A stretch of DNA of 30,113 nucleotides from a virus. Lineage: Duplodnaviria; Caudoviricetes. The stretch covers positions 1-30,113 of the IMG/VR virus record IMGVR_UViG_3300032103_000283; one strand, written 5' to 3'. A program made the position numbers and the translations under genes. This document shows, in pieces, positions 26,346 through 30,113 of the stretch (the first letter of the stretch is position 1; each line of letters begins with the position of its first letter). The notes beneath the pieces were generated by a model that made no database searches, had not been told where the DNA came from, and saw nothing but the letters and a program-made list of their open reading frames with translations.

Positions 26346-26599
26346 TCAGTAACCCATGACGAATCAAGACCCCACTTTGCTAAATACTTAATAAGTTTAC
26401 CCTTTTCTACGTTATCTAAAAGCGTTATAGAACTCGGTGAAATTAAATAAGTTAATAGGTCTATAACTTCAGTTGGATGTATTTTTTCAATATCTTGAAG
26501 TTTAATTAATACAGGCAAAGTTGAACGTAATCTTGCATTACAAAATGTAGGAAGCCCTTTTTTCTTATACTCTTTTGTTTTACTAATTTTTACTGACAT
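26342..26599 (-). CDS. Hypothetical protein (85 aa)
   Basis: ATG 26599 follows RBS AAAGGGAG. The track's TTG start at 26653 is the -35 box of the promoter. Confidence 0.65.
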   Translation of the reverse strand: MSVKISKTKEYKKKGLPTFCNARLRSTLPVLIKLQDIEKIHPTEVIDLLTYLISPSSITLLDNVEKGKLIKYLAKWGLDSSWVTE

Positions 26600-26624
26600 G
26601 TTTTTTTCTCCCTTTCTTAATAAG

Positions 26625-26653
26625 ATTATAGCATATTTATTTATAAAAGTCAA
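26625..26653 (-). promoter_or_regulatory. sigma70-type promoter (leadered)
   Basis: TTGACT-N17-TATAAT with TGn extension, then a short leader with RBS. Confidence 0.75.
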
Positions 26654-26654
26654 A

Positions 26655-27953
26655 CTACCTAAAAAGGTTATTAAAATCGTATGAAGTTGTAGAATTAACT
26701 GGAATTAATTCTTCTGATGTAGAAGAAATTTCACTGAAATTCATTCGTTCCCAGTCCCAATTAATATAAAATCCGCCTGATTCACCCTCTCGCCCTACAC
26801 CCCCTATAATATCTAAATATTTTTTGCTTATTAAAACATCTTCAGTAACATTTGTTTCATAAGGAGACCTATCAAATATTCCAATACCAACAGACGCAAT
26901 AGCTCCAATATCATCAGACAAACGAATATCACTTAAATCAACCTCAGATTGTTTTTTCTTTAACATATCTTTATTAAATTGGAATGTTATAACAACAGGA
27001 ATATTTGCCCGCATAGCAATAGATTTAATTTGTTTCATTAAAACTTCCATCTCTTCCCATCTGTTCCTTCTTTGAGATTCTGTATCAATTAGATATCCAC
27101 CATCTATAAAAGCAATATGGGGGCGATATAATGTAATCATGTTTGCAAAATCTGATATGTTTTTCTTTAGTTGACCTTCAACATAATAAAAAGGATGTTG
27201 CTTTTTTATACTATTGACTTCTCGATTTAATGCTACTTCTGCAAATCCACTTAACAAACCTGATTTTAAATAGTTGTGTCCTATTCCACTTCTGATAGCA
27301 AGATGCCTTTTGACAAATTGTTTTACTTTCATTTCCATCGAGATTATAATTGGTGTATAACCAGCTTTATGGGCTTGGTCAGCAGAGAAAAGAAGACAAA
27401 GAGACTTGCCCGTTTTCACTCTTGCAGCAAAAACATAAACATCACCATTCTGATAGCCATGTGTTATCTTGTCTAATGTTTCCCATCCAGTAGGAATTCC
27501 TGTTATACCTGATGCTTTTCGTGTTTGTTTTATTTCTTCGATAACAGAAGATGCTAAATCTGAAAGTGCAAAAATATCTCTCTCATCTTGAAAATAAGAG
27601 TTTTCTAATCTGAATATCGAACTTTTTAAAAAGTCAACTGCTTTGCTCGGATTGTCTGTAAGCATGGGACTTACTGCTGTTAACATTTCTGTAAGGGCAG
27701 TGTAAGTTAATCTCTTCGAGGCTTCATCGAGCCAATAACTGAAAGGTTCATTAGCTTCAGAGAAGCTTAAATTAAACTTTCCTGATATTGTTTCTTCAGT
27801 TGGAAATAATCCATGCTTTATATAAAAATCCTTTACAAATGTATAAAGAATAATTTCATGGTCAAAAAATAATTCTTTCTTGAGTTGGATAAAATCCTTT
27901 TCTCTGTTTTCTTTTAAAATAGAAAGCAGTAAACAAACACCTAATGAAGCCAT
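26655..27953 (-). CDS. dnaB: Replicative DNA helicase, DnaB-like (SF4)
   Basis: GIPTGW..LD..T.G, AARVKTGKS, SMEM, FIDG.YL, IK.IA....IPVV...Q.N. RBS AAGGAG. Confidence 0.93.
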   Translation of the reverse strand: MASLGVCLLLSILKENREKDFIQLKKELFFDHEIILYTFVKDFYIKHGLFPTEETISGKFNLSFSEANEPFSYWLDEASKRLTYTALTEMLTAVSPMLTDNPSKAVDFLKSSIFRLENSYFQDERDIFALSDLASSVIEEIKQTRKASGITGIPTGWETLDKITHGYQNGDVYVFAARVKTGKSLCLLFSADQAHKAGYTPIIISMEMKVKQFVKRHLAIRSGIGHNYLKSGLLSGFAEVALNREVNSIKKQHPFYYVEGQLKKNISDFANMITLYRPHIAFIDGGYLIDTESQRRNRWEEMEVLMKQIKSIAMRANIPVVITFQFNKDMLKKKQSEVDLSDIRLSDDIGAIASVGIGIFDRSPYETNVTEDVLISKKYLDIIGGVGREGESGGFYINWDWERMNFSEISSTSEELIPVNSTTSYDFNNLFR

Positions 27954-27969
27954 AAAGAACTCCTTTGTA

Positions 27970-28524
27970 TTAGAGACGAATACCAGTTATTTTTTGTTTA
28001 GGGATATCAATGTGAACAAACGGTTTTGTTAAAATAAGTTGGGCAGTGCTTTCGCCAAGTGATGCAGTAAGACTCTCAATCGAAGTTGCTGACAGCAAAA
28101 CTATCCTGTTATCAGTCATAGCTGATACAAGTAAATTTTGAAGTTTTGCTTTTTGTTTAAAATCGCAAGACGTATCAACCCTCATAATAGCAGTCGCATA
28201 TACTACATCCCCTATATCTTCAATAGGACTGCTATAATAACAAACTTTCTTATTTTGGCTTGCATACCAAATAAGTAAGCATAAAACTATTTCATCTTTC
28301 AATAAGGAATCAAATCCAGTAATAATTACAGACCTTCCATTTAATTCAGGCGTTGTAACATACGTCTTTATTTTCTCTTGGTATTCTTTTTGAATACTTG
28401 CAAAAGGATTTTTAATGTTTTCTGGCATTAATGGCGCAGTTACATCCTTCAATACAAAAGAAGGTGGAATCCTTTTGTTCCGTAATAAAAAAGTAACGAC
28501 TTCAGAGTATCTGTTTAGTTCCAT
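27970..28524 (-). CDS. Degenerate DnaC/IstB-like helicase-loader homologue
   Basis: RIPP.F N-terminus, GRSVIITG strand with a decayed P-loop, C-terminal S....E.L...LGE pattern. Immediately upstream of dnaB. Confidence 0.5.
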   Translation of the reverse strand: MELNRYSEVVTFLLRNKRIPPSFVLKDVTAPLMPENIKNPFASIQKEYQEKIKTYVTTPELNGRSVIITGFDSLLKDEIVLCLLIWYASQNKKVCYYSSPIEDIGDVVYATAIMRVDTSCDFKQKAKLQNLLVSAMTDNRIVLLSATSIESLTASLGESTAQLILTKPFVHIDIPKQKITGIRL

Positions 28525-28530
28525 ATTTTT

Positions 28531-28559
28531 ATTTTAAATGATTTATGAGTATTTGTCAA
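28531..28559 (-). promoter_or_regulatory. sigma70-type promoter, probably leaderless
   Basis: TTGACA-N17-TAAAAT, 6 nt before ATG 28524, no RBS. Confidence 0.7.
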
Positions 28560-28596
28560 GAGCTTTTTAGTTAATAATAACAACAAAATCGTTTCT

Positions 28597-28691
28597 AAAG
28601 CACTTTAAATCAATTCTAACGAGTTTTTTTAAAAAACTCATATCTCGACATATGTTTAGTAAAAAAAACTCAACAGCGTTGATTGTGCTTT
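28597..28691. repeat. Nested imperfect inverted repeat (about 95 bp)
   Basis: AAAGCAC/GTGCTTT, AATCAA/TTGATT, GAGTTTTTTT/AAAAAAACTC and CATAT/ATATG arms are arranged symmetrically. Confidence 0.7.
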
Positions 28692-28704
28692 CAAATTCGC
28701 ATAT

Positions 28705-29229
28705 TTAATTTGAGTTGCATTTCATGTGTTTTTGTCTGAAGTTTTTAGCAGCAATCGCAGCTACTATCTCTGAATCAAAATAACCTACATGATAGTTTTT
28801 TTTGTGTATCTTTACTTGCGCTCTCCATTTACGCTTATCTTTACAATAAGATACCCCCCTAAAAGTAGATGAAGTTGGCTTTCCATGCAGAACAGGCATA
28901 CCTTTAGGGTTTTTATTTTGAGCATTATACTGTAAAGAAACAATGCGCATGTTCTTCCTTCTGCAATCAAGTTTATCTCTGTTTATATGGTCAACTGTTA
29001 AATGCTTAGGAGGACGCAGAAGAAAACGGTGCAACTGTATCCATATTCTGCTTCCATCTTGAATATTACGGTAAGTAGTAAATAAATAACCTCTCCCAAC
29101 ATACCACTTGTGCATTTTTACAAGCTCGAAGTCAGATAAATCTACTATAGCGTCAGCAATAAGTTCCTGTTGTTTAGTATATACATAGATATGTCCAACT
29201 CCATCTTTAATTTCAAACTTATTTCCCAT
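28705..29229 (-). CDS. HNH homing endonuclease with C-terminal AP2 domain
   Basis: LHRFLL, VDHINRDKLD.RR.N.R, SS.FRGVS....KWRAQ......HVGYFDSE..AA.A. Confidence 0.92.
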   Translation of the reverse strand: MGNKFEIKDGVGHIYVYTKQQELIADAIVDLSDFELVKMHKWYVGRGYLFTTYRNIQDGSRIWIQLHRFLLRPPKHLTVDHINRDKLDCRRKNMRIVSLQYNAQNKNPKGMPVLHGKPTSSTFRGVSYCKDKRKWRAQVKIHKKNYHVGYFDSEIVAAIAAKNFRQKHMKCNSN

Positions 29230-29383
29230 CTAAATCTACCGGCAGACCATATTTTATTGTGTCGTAAATATCATAAGCAAAGAAAATAATAAAAGCAATA
29301 AAACTAAGTGTTAGACCTACAGCTATGAATACAAGCGTAAATGGAAGACCAAGCAGTAAGCTCATCAAAAGAAAAGTTATCAT
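29219..29383 (-). CDS. Small membrane protein (54 aa, MITFLLMSLLLGLPFTLVFIAVGLTLSFIAFIIFFAY...)
   Basis: RBS GAGGTG, ATGA coupling to the upstream gene, about 36 uncharged hydrophobic residues. Missed by the ORF track. Confidence 0.65.
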   Translation of the reverse strand: MITFLLMSLLLGLPFTLVFIAVGLTLSFIAFIIFFAYDIYDTIKYGLPVDLDGK

Positions 29384-30111
29384 TTGCTATTCACCTCTCT
29401 TTTAAAAGTTTCTAAATCTACTGAAACAAAATCTAAGACCTTGCTTTTATCAATCGTAACTGGGTTATTAAGAGCATATATAAGCTCTCTGTGTAATTGG
29501 TAGATTTCCCAGAAATTAGGATTAGGCTTATATAATCTTGCTCTGCTTGTGTTAGACGATAGTCTCGGATGCTTTCGTAATGTATCCCATTCAGTAATAA
29601 CTCGGTATATAAACTCTACTATCTGACTATTAGTCATATGTTCATGTTGCTTAAGAGAACTTATCATCTTTTTCAAAGCAGCAGCTACCTTTTTATCCAT
29701 CACCTCATAAATCTGGTCAGTATGTCCTAACGAATTAAATGTCATATTCATAAAGCTATTTAACTTCGTTGGAGTTAGTAGCTTTTTGTCATAAACCAAA
29801 AAATCAATTTCTTTCGGCTTGCTTAAATCTGAAACAATTTCATCGAGGGATTTTCTGTTTTCCATTTCGTCTTTTTTCTCCCCAGAAAAAGGCAAAGAAA
29901 AATGAGAGCTTTTTGAGCATACCGAAATCTGTTTGTCAAAAAGGGGGACTATAGGGGGTTTTTCTTTTTCTTTTTCTTTTATATTTATATTTAATTTTTC
30001 CTTTGCGTTTTTTCCCTCCGACTTGGCGGAGGGACTTTTTAATAAAAATTTATTTTTATTAAAAAGATGAATGTCATTCCTTGTAGTCTTTTTTTTATTG
30101 TTAAAGAATGT
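29380..30111 (-). CDS. C-terminal part of a probable replication initiator/replisome organiser; 5'-truncated by the window edge
   Basis: The frame stays open from 30111 (…NINIKEKEKEKPPIVPLF…), a linker typical of phage initiators. Lies upstream of the DnaC-like gene and dnaB. Confidence 0.55.
   Translation of the reverse strand, partial: TFFNNKKKTTRNDIHLFNKNKFLLKSPSAKSEGKNAKEKLNINIKEKEKEKPPIVPLFDKQISVCSKSSHFSLPFSGEKKDEMENRKSLDEIVSDLSKPKEIDFLVYDKKLLTPTKLNSFMNMTFNSLGHTDQIYEVMDKKVAAALKKMISSLKQHEHMTNSQIVEFIYRVITEWDTLRKHPRLSSNTSRARLYKPNPNFWEIYQLHRELIYALNNPVTIDKSKVLDFVSVDLETFKREVNSK
30013..30066. repeat. Two adjacent inverted repeats inside the initiator-like ORF
   Basis: TCCCTCCG-N6-CGGAGGGA (30013-30034) and CTTTTTAATAAAAAT/ATTTTTATTAAAAAG (30035-30066). 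Confidence 0.75.
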
Positions 30112-30113
30112 AA

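Noticed and set aside
2637-29954. Short alternative-frame or antisense ORFs in the track (2637, 3165, 3830, 7959, 10326, 10531, 12734, 13634, 13930, 14602, 19361, 19542, 25525, 27276, 29769)
   Set aside because: They overlap well-supported genes and lack RBS or recognisable motifs.

Overview
AT-rich fragment of a tailed bacteriophage (or prophage) genome with two convergent blocks. The + strand block (1-8200) encodes virion/tail-type proteins: a 5'-truncated beta-helix protein, a lipoprotein, and a 1078-aa polysaccharide deacetylase carrying about 29 Ser/Thr-rich 20-aa repeats. The - strand block (8192-30113) holds a replication/recombination module: initiator-like protein, HNH-AP2 endonuclease, degenerate DnaC-like protein, DnaB, primase, SSB, SF2 helicase, RecA, three PD-(D/E)xK nucleases and a UDG-PolA fusion. 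This is followed by an 8-kb glycan-synthesis cluster (five glycosyltransferase genes, an RGP/STELLO-like protein, a radical SAM/SPASM enzyme, DUF6165, dUTPase). Most notable signals: (1) an orphan IscB-type omegaRNA/HEARO-like element and two tandem TnpB right-end RNA-like units, which share a subterminal hairpin, with no nuclease or transposase gene in the window; (2) a candidate virion-glycosylation system; (3) a 23-aa poly-Lys peptide coupled to a terminator; (4) three apparently leaderless sigma70 promoters with the same -35-to-ATG distance; (5) apparent complete absence of GATC. All family assignments come from recognising motifs by eye, not from database searches.
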